A stretch of 61,567 nucleotides of DNA. Origin: an uncultured Bacillales bacterium. Lineage in GTDB: Bacteria; Bacillota_I; Bacilli_A; RF39; UBA660. Of this stretch, positions 29,161-39,907 are shown piece after piece (position 1 is the first letter of the stretch; each line of letters begins with the position of its first letter). Location of the stretch: NCBI GenBank assembly GCA_946611235.1, contig CAMODE010000050.1, forward strand, positions 1 through 61,567, in the 5' to 3' direction. The notes beneath the pieces were generated by a model. The model ran no database searches. It was given only the letters and a program-made list of their open reading frames with translations, and was not told the DNA's origin. The translations under genes were made by a program, and so were the position numbers.

Positions 29161-30315
29161 ATGAGTAAGAAAAGAAAAAAAAGGAAATTAAAATTAGGAA
29201 GAATCTTATTACTATGTATAATTATTATAGTAATAGGACTAGGTATTTATTTTGTTATACCAAAGAATTATGGATATAAAAAAGATGTCGTTAAAGTATT
29301 TAAAGAAGAAAATATAATAGATATTATTAGACAAAATAAAAAGTATTCTAAAGTACTTGAAGAAGCGATACTAAATAATAGTTTTAATAAAGAGTATTTA
29401 CTTGATTATTTAAATATTAATTATATAGAAGAAGATAACTATATTGATAATATTAATAAGTTATTAGTACTAGGATATAATAGTAATGATATAAATACTT
29501 TTTATGAAAAATTACCTAATAGTATTAATATCATTATAGATAATGAATATGATAAAGATATTGTTAATTATTTAAATTTATCTTACTTTAAAGAAGATTA
29601 TTTAGATAGATATATTAAATATGGATATACTATTAAAGATTTAAAAAGTCCATATGATGTTACTAATATTATAAATAACTTTACTTATGAAGATAATGTT
29701 ACTTATGTTAATGCTAATCTAGATAAAGATTATTATACTGATGATATTAATATTAGTAATGAAGATGCTATGAAATTAGATATACTTGTTAATAAATATC
29801 ATAAGCTAGATAGTAAGTTTGAACCAAGTGATTTAGAAAAGATTGATAGTAAGTTTGCTTCTGGTAATAATCAAAGAATGCGAAAAGAAGCTAAAGATCA
29901 TTTTGAAGAGATGTGTGCTGATGCTTTAAAAGATGGTTATAAAATGTATGCTGGTTCTACTTATCGATCTTATGATTACCAATTAGGATTATATAATAGA
30001 TATGTAGCTAAAGATGGATTTAATGCTGCAGAAACATATTCCGCAAGAGCAGGATACTCCGAACATCAATTAGGATTAGCCGTAGATATTCTAAATCATA
30101 GTTGGGATTATATAAGTGAAGATAATCCTGAATATACATGGCTTATTAATAATTCTTATAAATATGGCTTTATATTAAGATATCCAAGAGGTAAAGAATA
30201 TATTACTGGTTATATGTTTGAAGATTGGCACTTTAGATATTTAGGAATAGAACTAGCTAATAAAGTAAGAGAGTCTAATCTTACTTATGATGAATATGTT
30301 GCTAGAGGATTATAA
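29161..30315 (+). CDS. M15B (VanY-like) D-Ala-D-Ala carboxypeptidase, membrane-anchored
   Basis: LVNK, STYRS, SARAGYSEHQLGLAVD, EDWHFRY. Confidence 0.9.
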   Translation: MSKKRKKRKLKLGRILLLCIIIIVIGLGIYFVIPKNYGYKKDVVKVFKEENIIDIIRQNKKYSKVLEEAILNNSFNKEYLLDYLNINYIEEDNYIDNINKLLVLGYNSNDINTFYEKLPNSINIIIDNEYDKDIVNYLNLSYFKEDYLDRYIKYGYTIKDLKSPYDVTNIINNFTYEDNVTYVNANLDKDYYTDDINISNEDAMKLDILVNKYHKLDSKFEPSDLEKIDSKFASGNNQRMRKEAKDHFEEMCADALKDGYKMYAGSTYRSYDYQLGLYNRYVAKDGFNAAETYSARAGYSEHQLGLAVDILNHSWDYISEDNPEYTWLINNSYKYGFILRYPRGKEYITGYMFEDWHFRYLGIELANKVRESNLTYDEYVARGL

Positions 30316-30355
30316 AGATAGATTAATTTCTATCTTTTTTATTATTCAATTACAA

Positions 30356-30417
30356 GATTCTTCTAGTAAAGGATAATGGAGAATTAACGAAGTTAATTCT
30401 GGCACTCGAAGCGATTA
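30356..30417. repeat. Dispersed ~61-nt hairpin element, copy C (most diverged)
   Basis: GATTCTTCTAGTA...AGAATTAAC-GAA-GTTAATTCT...CGAAGCGATTA. Confidence 0.6.
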
Positions 30418-30441
30418 ATTAAAAAAATGTAACCATATTGA

Positions 30442-31325
30442 TTACATTCTAAATCTTCTATTTTCTAAATTTACAAAACGATATATAGTATTATCAGGCG
30501 AATCACTATTTAAAATACTATACTCCATTTTTTCCCGATCATATTTAACTAAAACCTCCTCTAATTCATAACCATTATCTTTTTCATGTAATATTACATA
30601 TGATGCTGTATCAATAGGATCTTTTTTATATGCCATACCTACAGCTCGTATTGAATAAAAATCAGTCATAGGAGAAGATTCATATATTTTCCAATGAACA
30701 TGTCCCTGTATAACCGCATCAAAAAGTCAACTTTTTTTCCACCAAATAGTGGATCCTTAATAGCAGAAAAATATCCTCTCATCATTGGACTATTTTCCCC
30801 ATATGTTTTCTTTATTTTTCTTAAACGACGTAATTGTTCTTCACTATTAGTATATAAAAACTGTTCATAACCCTTTTTCCCCATATCAATTTTACTTTGA
30901 TAACTCGATGTACTATTTATTGAATAATCAAATCTTACATCGTTAGAGAAGTGACAAAGAGCAAGCTTTTTACCCCCAATCAATAATTCTATCGAATGTG
31001 GATATAAAGAAATAACTCCCTTTTGATGTTCATTTAATTTTGACAAAGTCCACAATTGACTTTTTGTCTTTAATTCATGAAAATAAGATGAAAAAGGTTC
31101 TATGCCAAGTGTTACATATTCTTCGGAATTTCCCGCTACTGAAATTACTCCATATTCTTCTAAAAGATCAATGATTTCAGCAGGATTAGGTCCTACTCCT
31201 ATGTTATCCCCCAAAGAATGTATTTCCGTTATGCCTCTTCGCTTAATATCCTCTAGAGCAGCTTTTGTCGGTTCAAGTAAACCATGAGCATCAGTAAAAA
31301 TTGCTATGTCTCTCTTTGACTCCAT
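30442..31325 (-). pseudogene. Calcineurin-like metallophosphoesterase, frameshifted
   Basis: TDAHG, LGDNI, GNSE in the first ORF; motif GHVH lies in the frame of 30442-30669; adding one T to the T5 run at 30721-30725 joins them. Confidence 0.8.
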
Positions 31326-31326
31326 A

Positions 31327-32553
31327 TTATTTTCCCTCCATTATACTCTCAATTGCTCTAGTTACTATTATTTTACCATATTTATAACTAATACCACCTT
31401 GTTGATATGCTATATAAGGACTTCTTAATGGTCCATCACAAGAAAGTTCAATAGAACTACCTTGCGTAAAACTACCTGATGCCATAATAATTTTATCAAC
31501 ATATCCTGGCATATCTGATGGTTCTATTAAAGCATTAGAATCAATCTTCGAATTAGACTGAATACCTCTTACATATTTAATTAATTTATCTTCATCATCA
31601 AAGATAATATTTTGAACTATGTCTACTCTTTCTTCATTATATTTAGGACTAACATTATATCCTAATTTTTCTAATACATAAGAAGTATAAATAGAAGTCT
31701 TTAGAGCGCCCGCTACAATCATTGGAGCAAAAAATACTCCTTTTAAAATATTTCTATTTTCATTAATAGAAGGTCCTACTTCCGCTCCTTGTCCAGGAAC
31801 ATTAAGTCTTTCAGCGCATAAATCAATTAGTTTTTGTTTTCCTACAATATAACCACCATTAGATGCAATAGCTCCTCCTAGATTCTTAATAAGAGAACCA
31901 ACAGAGATATCTACTCCTACTTCATTAGGTTCTTTTGTACTTACAAGTTCACAATAACAATTATCAACCATAATTATTACTTCTTTATCTACTTCTCTAA
32001 TAGTCTTAACTACTCTTTCTATTTTATCAATACTAATACTATCTCTCGTAGAATATCCTTTACTTCTTTGAATAGCAATCATCTTTATTTTATCTTCTTT
32101 AAGTACTTTCTTTATTTCTTCATAATTAAAATCACTATCAATTAAATCTATTTGTCTATATTTAACATTATAACTTTTTAATGAAGATGGATTATCATTA
32201 AAGCCTATTACTGAGTCTAAGGTATCATATGGTTTACCACTTATTGATAAAAGAGTATCTCCTGGTCTTAGTAGAGCAAAGAAACATGTACTAATAGCAT
32301 GCGTGCCTGATATAAACTGGCTACGAACTAAAGCTGCTTCAGTTTTAAAAATACTAGCATATACTCCTTCTATTTTATCTCTTCCCGTATCGTTATATCC
32401 ATAACCAGTCGTACCATTTAAATCTGATTCACAAATATTATTTTCTATAAAAGCATCAAGTACTTTTTTGCTATTAAATTCTTCTATTTCTTCTACTTTA
32501 TCAAATACTTCTTTTAAATCTTCTTTAGAACTTTTTAAAACACTCTCTAACAT
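31327..32553 (-). CDS. Methionine gamma-lyase family / aluminium resistance protein (YnbB-like)
   Basis: TTGYGYND.GR, SGTHAI, QRSKGYS, DNCY, GSLIKNLGG, GSSIELSCDGP. Confidence 0.9.
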   Translation of the reverse strand: MLESVLKSSKEDLKEVFDKVEEIEEFNSKKVLDAFIENNICESDLNGTTGYGYNDTGRDKIEGVYASIFKTEAALVRSQFISGTHAISTCFFALLRPGDTLLSISGKPYDTLDSVIGFNDNPSSLKSYNVKYRQIDLIDSDFNYEEIKKVLKEDKIKMIAIQRSKGYSTRDSISIDKIERVVKTIREVDKEVIIMVDNCYCELVSTKEPNEVGVDISVGSLIKNLGGAIASNGGYIVGKQKLIDLCAERLNVPGQGAEVGPSINENRNILKGVFFAPMIVAGALKTSIYTSYVLEKLGYNVSPKYNEERVDIVQNIIFDDEDKLIKYVRGIQSNSKIDSNALIEPSDMPGYVDKIIMASGSFTQGSSIELSCDGPLRSPYIAYQQGGISYKYGKIIVTRAIESIMEGK

Positions 32554-33281
32554 CTTTTACCACCATCTATTCTTATTACACTATTATTTATGTAACTTGC
32601 TTCATCACTAATTAAGAATTTAACTAGACTAGCTATTTCTTCTGGTTCTGCAAATCTTTCTAGTAATATTTTTTCTTTTTCACTATTTATAAATTCTTCA
32701 TCTAAATCTTTAGTCATCTCCGTATTAGTCCATCCTGGACATACAGTATTTACTCTAACATAAGGAGCAAAGTAATTAGCTAAATTACTAGATAAGTTAA
32801 TAAGACCAGCTTTAGAAGCATCATAGTCTAATCCTTCAGGATACATCGTATCAATACCATTAGTAGAACTAATATTAATAATTACCCCACTCTTATTATC
32901 TTTCATCTTAAGACCTATTTTCTTGCTTAATAGAAATGGGGCTACTAGATTTATTTCCAAAGTCTTCATAAAATTCTCTTTAGTCTTATCCTCAAACAAA
33001 GTATCTATGGCAATAGCTGCATTATTGACTAAAATATCAATATTATTACACCTATTATAAATAGTACTTAGCATACTATCTATTTCTTCTTCCTTAGATA
33101 AATCACATTTTACCATTAATACATCTTTATGATAAAGATTATCTAATTCTTCTTTTAGTTTTAAAGCATTATTATAATTATTATTATAGTGAATTATAAC
33201 TTCATAATCACTAGCTAGCTTTCTTACTATTTCTCTTCCTATTCCTGAAGAAGATCCTGTTACTAAAACAACTTTTTTCAT
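32547..33281 (-). CDS. SDR family oxidoreductase (FabG-like)
   Basis: TGSSSGIG, NNAA, YDASK. Confidence 0.9.
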   Translation of the reverse strand: MKKVVLVTGSSSGIGREIVRKLASDYEVIIHYNNNYNNALKLKEELDNLYHKDVLMVKCDLSKEEEIDSMLSTIYNRCNNIDILVNNAAIAIDTLFEDKTKENFMKTLEINLVAPFLLSKKIGLKMKDNKSGVIINISSTNGIDTMYPEGLDYDASKAGLINLSSNLANYFAPYVRVNTVCPGWTNTEMTKDLDEEFINSEKEKILLERFAEPEEIASLVKFLISDEASYINNSVIRIDGGKRC

Positions 33282-33398
33282 TTTTGGTCAACTCCAGAGA
33301 TATTGTACTATTTTTTTTAGAAAAAATCTATACTAAATTACTAATTCATATTTCTAAATAGTTTAATGATGAATTATTTAGAATATTAATAAAGTATA

Positions 33399-34247
33399 TT
33401 ATATTTTTTTATAAGATTTGTTTTCACGATTTAATTTAAAATTTTCAAGTATTTCATAAATTTGAGAATAATCTATTTTTTTATAAAACATAGCCTTTTT
33501 AACAATTCCAACCACTCCTTTAAATTCACTCATATGTGAATAATATTTTTCATAGAATTCTTTTTCTGCTAAATCACTTATTAGCTGGTACATATCAGCA
33601 GCTTCTTCACCTAATTCATTATATATGTATTGTATTTCACTTTCTCTATTATGAATAAAAGCTAAGGTTTTAATTATATTTTCCCCAAATATTTTCATCA
33701 ATTTATATGATAATTGAACTTCTTTAGGATATCCACAAGAATTGGTTCTAAGATCATATTTTTGAGCCAGCATCCTCGTTAGTAATTCATTTATTCCTTC
33801 TTTTAAAACACTTGCACCATCACTTCCACAAAAATGCATAGTTTCATGTAATAATAAATCCTCATAATAATTTTCTGTATTTGTTCCACTGATAAACACA
33901 TGGTTGATATATGTAAAAAATGTATTATTATTAATAACTATATTATCATTATTGTATGGTTTATGTTTTTTATTTATGCCATATCCAGGTATTCTACTAA
34001 GCATACTTAATATTCTATCAGCACATAATGGCATAATTATATTTTTTTCATTGGCATAGGCATTTACTTCTCCATAATCATATATCTTTAAAATCTCACT
34101 ATAGTCAGATATTTTTTTTAGTCTTTCTAAAATATATGATGGCATGTATAACCCATACTCTTTAATTATCAATGAAATATAGTTCTTTATATTTTCTGTT
34201 AATCTATTGTGTACTTCTTCCACATTTAATTCTTTCATTTTTATCAC
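33399..34247 (-). CDS. Hypothetical protein with gluzincin-like HExxH...E motif
   Basis: LLHETMH followed by EGINE and GYPKEV; no signal peptide. Confidence 0.55.
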   Translation of the reverse strand: MIKMKELNVEEVHNRLTENIKNYISLIIKEYGLYMPSYILERLKKISDYSEILKIYDYGEVNAYANEKNIIMPLCADRILSMLSRIPGYGINKKHKPYNNDNIVINNNTFFTYINHVFISGTNTENYYEDLLLHETMHFCGSDGASVLKEGINELLTRMLAQKYDLRTNSCGYPKEVQLSYKLMKIFGENIIKTLAFIHNRESEIQYIYNELGEEAADMYQLISDLAEKEFYEKYYSHMSEFKGVVGIVKKAMFYKKIDYSQIYEILENFKLNRENKSYKKI

Positions 34248-34263
34248 TCCTAAAATAATTATA

Positions 34264-35148
34264 TCATACTAATTCATATTTTCGTGTAACTATTCTATCA
34301 TCGGAACAATATTCAATTATATATTTATTATCTTTCTTAGAAAATATTATGCCTATCGTTTTATCTTGATTGATAGTTTTTAAATTCTTATCAATATAGT
34401 TCATGTATACCTCAATTTGTCCTATATGCTCTTTTTTTAACTTGGTTGTTTTTAATTCTACCACTGCAAAACAGTTATAAATATAGTTAAATAATAAAAT
34501 ATCAATATAATTATAAGTATCTCCTATTTTTATTTTGTATTCACTATCTATAAATGTAAAACCAGTACCTAATTCTTTTAAGAATGATGGAATATCTTCC
34601 AAGATTAATTTTTGTAATGTTTTTTCCTTAATTACTTCAATATTATTAGGATTATGAATAATTATGGGATTCTTTACATAGTCTTCTAAATTAGGCTTTT
34701 CATTTTTAATTATTTTATTTTTAGTCTCTTCTGGTAATCTTTCATATTCTTTATTTTTAATTCTAGAACGCAGTTCTCTTACACTTAAATATTGGGCTTC
34801 AGTTAGTTTAATATAATAATTTATTTCTTTTATATCACTAAATTTTAATATTTCATCATAATGGCTCCAAGTCATTTGTCTCGACAATGTCGAGACTTTT
34901 TTAAATAATAAGTAAAATTTTCTATATTTAAATAGACTTTTAGTACTGTAGCCTTTTCCTAATTCTGATGTTAATTTTTTAGAATATTCTTTTATTATAC
35001 CTTCACCATATTGTTTTCCTGCCTTACTTAAAAGTTTACCTACTTCATAATAGGTATTAACTCTATTTCTTTCTTTGGAATAGTCTTTTACTTTTTCATA
35101 TATTTCATTATCAATTAATTTTTGTTTTATTTCAATATAGTAATTCAT
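34264..35148 (-). CDS. YhcG/DUF1016 PD-(D/E)XK nuclease-domain protein
   Basis: YYEVG, WSHY, SVREL, LKELGTGF, IDILLF, VVELK, GQIEVYM. Confidence 0.9.
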   Translation of the reverse strand: MNYYIEIKQKLIDNEIYEKVKDYSKERNRVNTYYEVGKLLSKAGKQYGEGIIKEYSKKLTSELGKGYSTKSLFKYRKFYLLFKKVSTLSRQMTWSHYDEILKFSDIKEINYYIKLTEAQYLSVRELRSRIKNKEYERLPEETKNKIIKNEKPNLEDYVKNPIIIHNPNNIEVIKEKTLQKLILEDIPSFLKELGTGFTFIDSEYKIKIGDTYNYIDILLFNYIYNCFAVVELKTTKLKKEHIGQIEVYMNYIDKNLKTINQDKTIGIIFSKKDNKYIIEYCSDDRIVTRKYELV

Positions 35149-37186
35149 TTGATTCTCCTTTTATTTTTTTCTTTATTATTACTTTGTTTTTATTAAATTT
35201 AAAATTAACACTGCCCATGATATCAGTACGATATATTTTTGTTTTTGATAAGTTATTTAATACCTCTATATTTGGATGACCATAATAGTTATGTTCTGCT
35301 ACTGATATGGAGGATATTTTGGGATTAATAGTATTTATAAAATTAGCCGAACTACTTGTCTTAGAACCGTGATGGCCTACTTTTAGAAAAGATATATCTT
35401 TTATATTATATTTATCTAATAGATATTCTTCAGTAGTACTTGAGGCATCTCCCATAAAGAGAAATTTATATTTTTGATACTGAAAGTAAATGATATTACT
35501 ATTATCATTTTCATTATCAAATTCTTTATTGTTTAGAAAATATAAGTAATTACCTTTTATATTTAGTTTATCTATCTTATTAGAATATTTAATTTTTTTA
35601 CTTTTCAACTCTTTAATTAAATCTTTTTCTAAATCAGTATAAGAATCTTTATTTAGAATTACTTTTTCTACTTTAAAATTATCTATTAAAGAGATAGAAC
35701 TTCCGATATGATCTTCATCACCGTGTGTAATTATTAAAAAATTTATCTTCTTTATGCCTTTACTTTTTAGATATGGAATTATTTCATTTAGTACTCTGTA
35801 CTCATTATTACTTCCGGTATCAATGATAATATTACCTTCATTATTAGGAAAACTTATTAAAAAAGAATCTCCTTGATCTACATCAAACATATTTATTTCG
35901 AGGTTATTATTAAAGTATGGTAATAAATTATGAATAAAGATAAGAACTATAATTAGATAGAATCTTTTTTTATATTTTAAGATATAGATAATTACTATGT
36001 AATATAGTATTATTAGAATAATATTTGGTTTAGCTAGTATTAACTTAAAGATATTAATATTACTTAAATAGATTGATATTTTTTCTAAGATATTTGTTAT
36101 TAAATATAATAAGTCATCTAATATTGGTATAAATAATGATAAGATACTTAATGGTAATAATATCATAGATAATACTGGTGTAAATAAGATATTTATAATG
36201 ATGCTTAAAATATTTATTTCATATGATGTATAGATAGTAATGGGCATTGATACTAAGAATGCTACTACTGCTATATAGGATATATTTAATACCTTCTTAT
36301 TACTTTTGATATAGAAGATACTTAAAAAGAAAGATATGATATATGAATAGATAAATCCTATATCATAAATGATAAAGGGATTAATTATTAGACAAATAGA
36401 TAGTGTTAGTAGTAATATATCTATCTTTTTAATTTTTAAATTAAAGATATCATTTATAGTTAATAGAATATAAGTAATAGTACTTCGAAGTAAAGATGAT
36501 GAAAAGGATATTATTAAATATAGTATTAGAAAGATATCACTTAAGATATATTTTAATTTTTTATTATAAGATACTTTGTTTAGATAATAATATAAAATAC
36601 TTATTATTAGATTAATATGCATACCTGAAGCACTAAATAAATGGGATATACCTAGAGTTCTATAGTTACTTTTAATATCATTATCTAGGGTATTATTACC
36701 TAGTAATAAAGTACTTATATAGTCTTTTGATTTATAATTCTTTATTTTACTATTAATAATATTTTTAATGGTATTTATAATGCTTTTATTATTTGCTAAT
36801 TTATCTACTCTATCTGCTTTTACAATATAATAGATTTTTTTATGATAGAGATATTTTTGATAATCAAAGATATTGAAGTTAGTACTTGATTTTGGTTTAG
36901 AGATGGTACCTTTTACTTTTAATTTATCTCCGATATTTAAATTATTAAATACTAATGATTCATAATTATAATAGATAATTATATCTTCTTTAGCTTTTAA
37001 ATTAATAATTAGATTATTATCTTTTACTTTATATGATTTTACTGTACCAATAAAGGTATTATCTTTTTCACTATATTTTGATTTAAAGGGATAATAACTA
37101 GTATATAGATAAGAAAAAAGAAGAAGTATTAAAGCTAATATTTTAAATATATATTTAGACTGTAATATAATCTTTAATCTTCTCAA
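35132..37186 (-). CDS. comEC: DNA internalisation competence protein ComEC/Rec2
   Basis: HLFSASGMH competence domain; beta-lactamase fold THGDEDHIG, KVGHHGS, YGHP. Confidence 0.95.
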   Translation of the reverse strand: MRRLKIILQSKYIFKILALILLLFSYLYTSYYPFKSKYSEKDNTFIGTVKSYKVKDNNLIINLKAKEDIIIYYNYESLVFNNLNIGDKLKVKGTISKPKSSTNFNIFDYQKYLYHKKIYYIVKADRVDKLANNKSIINTIKNIINSKIKNYKSKDYISTLLLGNNTLDNDIKSNYRTLGISHLFSASGMHINLIISILYYYLNKVSYNKKLKYILSDIFLILYLIISFSSSLLRSTITYILLTINDIFNLKIKKIDILLLTLSICLIINPFIIYDIGFIYSYIISFFLSIFYIKSNKKVLNISYIAVVAFLVSMPITIYTSYEINILSIIINILFTPVLSMILLPLSILSLFIPILDDLLYLITNILEKISIYLSNINIFKLILAKPNIILIILYYIVIIYILKYKKRFYLIIVLIFIHNLLPYFNNNLEINMFDVDQGDSFLISFPNNEGNIIIDTGSNNEYRVLNEIIPYLKSKGIKKINFLIITHGDEDHIGSSISLIDNFKVEKVILNKDSYTDLEKDLIKELKSKKIKYSNKIDKLNIKGNYLYFLNNKEFDNENDNSNIIYFQYQKYKFLFMGDASSTTEEYLLDKYNIKDISFLKVGHHGSKTSSSANFINTINPKISSISVAEHNYYGHPNIEVLNNLSKTKIYRTDIMGSVNFKFNKNKVIIKKKIKGESNELLY

Positions 37187-37811
37187 AGATAGCCTCTCCT
37201 ATTCCGGATACTTCTTTAATACTTTCAATACTAGTAAAGTTACCATTCTTAGTACGATATTCGATTATTGATCTAGCTTTAGCTTCGCCAAGTCCAGGAA
37301 GAGTCATAAGTTCATCAACATTAGCGGTATTGATATTGACTAAATTTGATGTATTATTTTCTTCATTAGATGTTTCAGTTATACAAGCATCATTTGTTAT
37401 ATAAGGGCAATCACAAATGCATACTTCAGATTTATATTTTTCTAATACTTCTTCTTTAGAATAAATTACAATAGTCATTTCATCTTTTACTATTTTAGCT
37501 AAATTGATATTAGAAGTATCAGCGTCAACAGTTAAGCCTCCTGCCATATTTATGACATCATTAATTCTTTTACCATTTTCAACTTCATATACACCAGGAT
37601 TATTTACGTTTCCTTTAATATCGACAATTACAGTGGATACTTCTTCCTTCTTTTCTTCTTTTGGTAATTCTTCTACTGTTTCTTCCTTCTCTTCTTCTTT
37701 GAAGATATCAACGACTTCTTCTTTTTCTTCTTTATTATTTTTGTATAGAATAAAAATAGTTCCTCCTAATACAATTGAAATTCCTATTAAAATTAATAAA
37801 AATTTTTTCAC
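37155..37811 (-). CDS. comEA: Competence DNA receptor ComEA
   Basis: TM anchor, SLBB VDIKGNVNNPGVY, HhH NINTA...LPGLG...GIG. Confidence 0.95.
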   Translation of the reverse strand: MKKFLLILIGISIVLGGTIFILYKNNKEEKEEVVDIFKEEEKEETVEELPKEEKKEEVSTVIVDIKGNVNNPGVYEVENGKRINDVINMAGGLTVDADTSNINLAKIVKDEMTIVIYSKEEVLEKYKSEVCICDCPYITNDACITETSNEENNTSNLVNINTANVDELMTLPGLGEAKARSIIEYRTKNGNFTSIESIKEVSGIGEAIFEKIKDYITV

Positions 37812-37815
37812 TTTT

Positions 37816-37875
37816 CTCCTTTCTGTTCTCCATTTTGTAATTATATATTATAATCATTTATTTGATTGTAGTCAA
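37816..37875 (-). promoter_or_regulatory. Sigma-A promoter plus conserved downstream motif (copy 2 of 3)
   Basis: TTGACT-17nt-TATAAT-ATATAATTACAAAATGGAGAACAGAAAGGAG. Confidence 0.75.
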
Positions 37876-37930
37876 GAGGTTACATTTGATTTTTTATTTT
37901 TTATATAGTAAAATGGTGTTGGTGGTGAAT

Positions 37931-38503
37931 ATGCTAAGTATTAAGAATATTGATAAATATGAATATATAGAAAAAAACTCTAAATTTATTTCTTTAATAT
38001 TTAGAGTTTATAGTAAAGATGAAGTTAATTTTTATTTAGATAAAGTAAAAAAGGAATATACAGGAGCTAGTCACTACTGCTACGGATATGTTATTGATAA
38101 TGATATAAGAATGAATGATGATGGAGAGCCCTCAGGTACTGCGGGAAGTCCTATTCTTAAACAGATACAGAATAATAATTTGAATTATACTTTAATAATT
38201 GTAGTACGTTATTTTGGTGGTATTAAATTAGGTGCAGGTCCTCTTACGAGAGCATATGCTAAGGTATCTAGAGAAGTTATTAAGAATGATAATATTATCG
38301 AACTAGTTAAAGGATACGATATTGATATTACTTTTAATTATAATGATATTAAAAATATTGATTATCTACTAAGTAATTGTAAAATTATTAATAAAATATT
38401 TGATAATGATATTACTTACAATGTATATGTAACTAAAGAAGTATTAGATTTATTATCTAATTATAATATTAAAATTAAAAAAGAAATATTTATTGAAAAA
38501 TAG
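37931..38503 (+). CDS. YigZ/IMPACT family protein
   Basis: KNSKFI, ASHYCYGY, DDGEPSGTAG, VVRYFGGIKLGAG. Confidence 0.92.
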   Translation: MLSIKNIDKYEYIEKNSKFISLIFRVYSKDEVNFYLDKVKKEYTGASHYCYGYVIDNDIRMNDDGEPSGTAGSPILKQIQNNNLNYTLIIVVRYFGGIKLGAGPLTRAYAKVSREVIKNDNIIELVKGYDIDITFNYNDIKNIDYLLSNCKIINKIFDNDITYNVYVTKEVLDLLSNYNIKIKKEIFIEK

Positions 38504-38519
38504 ATATTTCTTTTTTAAA

Positions 38520-39413
38520 TTATTTTTTCTTTTCAATCATTTCATTAACGATAGTACCAAAAGATGCTACTCCTTGTAAGTTAGCAGGTACAATTATTTT
38601 AGTTGATTGACCATTTGCTACTTTTTCTAAGGCTTCATAACTCTTTAGAGTAAGTACTGAAGAATCAGCTTTAGCTTCTTTAAGAAGTCTTATTCCATCA
38701 GCTTCAGCTTGTTTCATCTTAAGTAATGCTTCAGCTTCCCCTTCAGCCATTTTTATTTGAGCCTCTTTATGTGCCTCAGCCTTTAGGATAGCGGACTCTT
38801 TTTCTCCTTCAGCAATAAGGATACTTGATTTCTTTTCTCCTTCAGCTTGAAGGATTTTTTCTCTTCTTTCACGTTCCGCACGCATTTGTTTTTCCATGGC
38901 TTCTTGAATATCTCTCGGAGGTAAAATATTTTTTACTTCTACTCTATTTACTTTTATTCCCCAAGGGTCTGTTGCTTCATCTAGGATACTTCGCATTTTA
39001 GCATTAATGATATCACGAGATGTTAATGTCTGGTCTAACTCTAACTCACCAATAATATTTCTTAAAGTAGTAGCAGTTAAATTTTCAATAGCATTAATAG
39101 GATCTTCTATTCCATAAGTATATAGTTTGGCATCTGTTATTTGGAAATAAACAACAGTATCTATTTGCATTGTAACATTATCTTTTGTTATAACTGGTTG
39201 TGGGGCAAAATCTTTAACTATTTCTTTTAAAGATACTTTATTTGATATTCTATCAATAAATGGTACTTTAAAGTGTAATCCATTTGACCAAGTAGTCATA
39301 TAACTTCCTAATCTTTCAATAACATAAGCTTTAGCTTGTGGTACTACTTTTATACATGGTATTATAAATAATACAACAAATACTAAAATTCCAATTAAAA
39401 TTCCGTATTCCAT
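38520..39413 (-). CDS. SPFH/band 7 (stomatin-like) protein
   Basis: VIERLG, QPVITKDNV, WGIKVNRVE, AEGE repeats. Confidence 0.92.
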   Translation of the reverse strand: MEYGILIGILVFVVLFIIPCIKVVPQAKAYVIERLGSYMTTWSNGLHFKVPFIDRISNKVSLKEIVKDFAPQPVITKDNVTMQIDTVVYFQITDAKLYTYGIEDPINAIENLTATTLRNIIGELELDQTLTSRDIINAKMRSILDEATDPWGIKVNRVEVKNILPPRDIQEAMEKQMRAERERREKILQAEGEKKSSILIAEGEKESAILKAEAHKEAQIKMAEGEAEALLKMKQAEADGIRLLKEAKADSSVLTLKSYEALEKVANGQSTKIIVPANLQGVASFGTIVNEMIEKKK

Positions 39414-39415
39414 AA

Positions 39416-39832
39416 TTAATCACTTATCCTTTCTACATATAATTTGACACTATTAATTTTTACTACTTTAACTACTTCTCCTTTGTTTATATTATCATTT
39501 GAATATGCTGACCATCTTTTTCCATCTACTTTTACTTCTCCAATTGTATCTTTGGTAATATCTTCCGTAACTATTCCTGTCATGCCGATTATTCGATCTA
39601 CATTAGTACTTATATTATTCTTTTTTATTTTGTTATATATCCTTTTACTAATAGGCATTAAGAGTATACCAATAAGTACAAATACTCCTATCTGGATATA
39701 TAAGTTATCTGTAAACATCGACGTTATCATTGCTAAGATACTACTTATAACAAACCAAATACTTACTAAATTCACAGTAAATACTTCAATTAAACCTAAT
39801 ACTATTGCTAAAACAAGCCATACATAAAACAT
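39416..39832 (-). CDS. NfeD family protein
   Basis: TM helices plus OB fold GEVKVDGKRWSA; next to the SPFH gene. Confidence 0.9.
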   Translation of the reverse strand: MFYVWLVLAIVLGLIEVFTVNLVSIWFVISSILAMITSMFTDNLYIQIGVFVLIGILLMPISKRIYNKIKKNNISTNVDRIIGMTGIVTEDITKDTIGEVKVDGKRWSAYSNDNINKGEVVKVVKINSVKLYVERISD

Positions 39833-39907
39833 AAAACCACCTTACTACCTAATATGCTTTTTCTTACAAGAATATTATACTAGATATCGATTATTTTAGC
39901 AATATAT

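Noticed and set aside
30730..30740. Programmed -1 frameshift at the A7 run in the phosphoesterase gene
   Set aside because: A -1 shift there meets TGA immediately; the break must be at the downstream T5 run.
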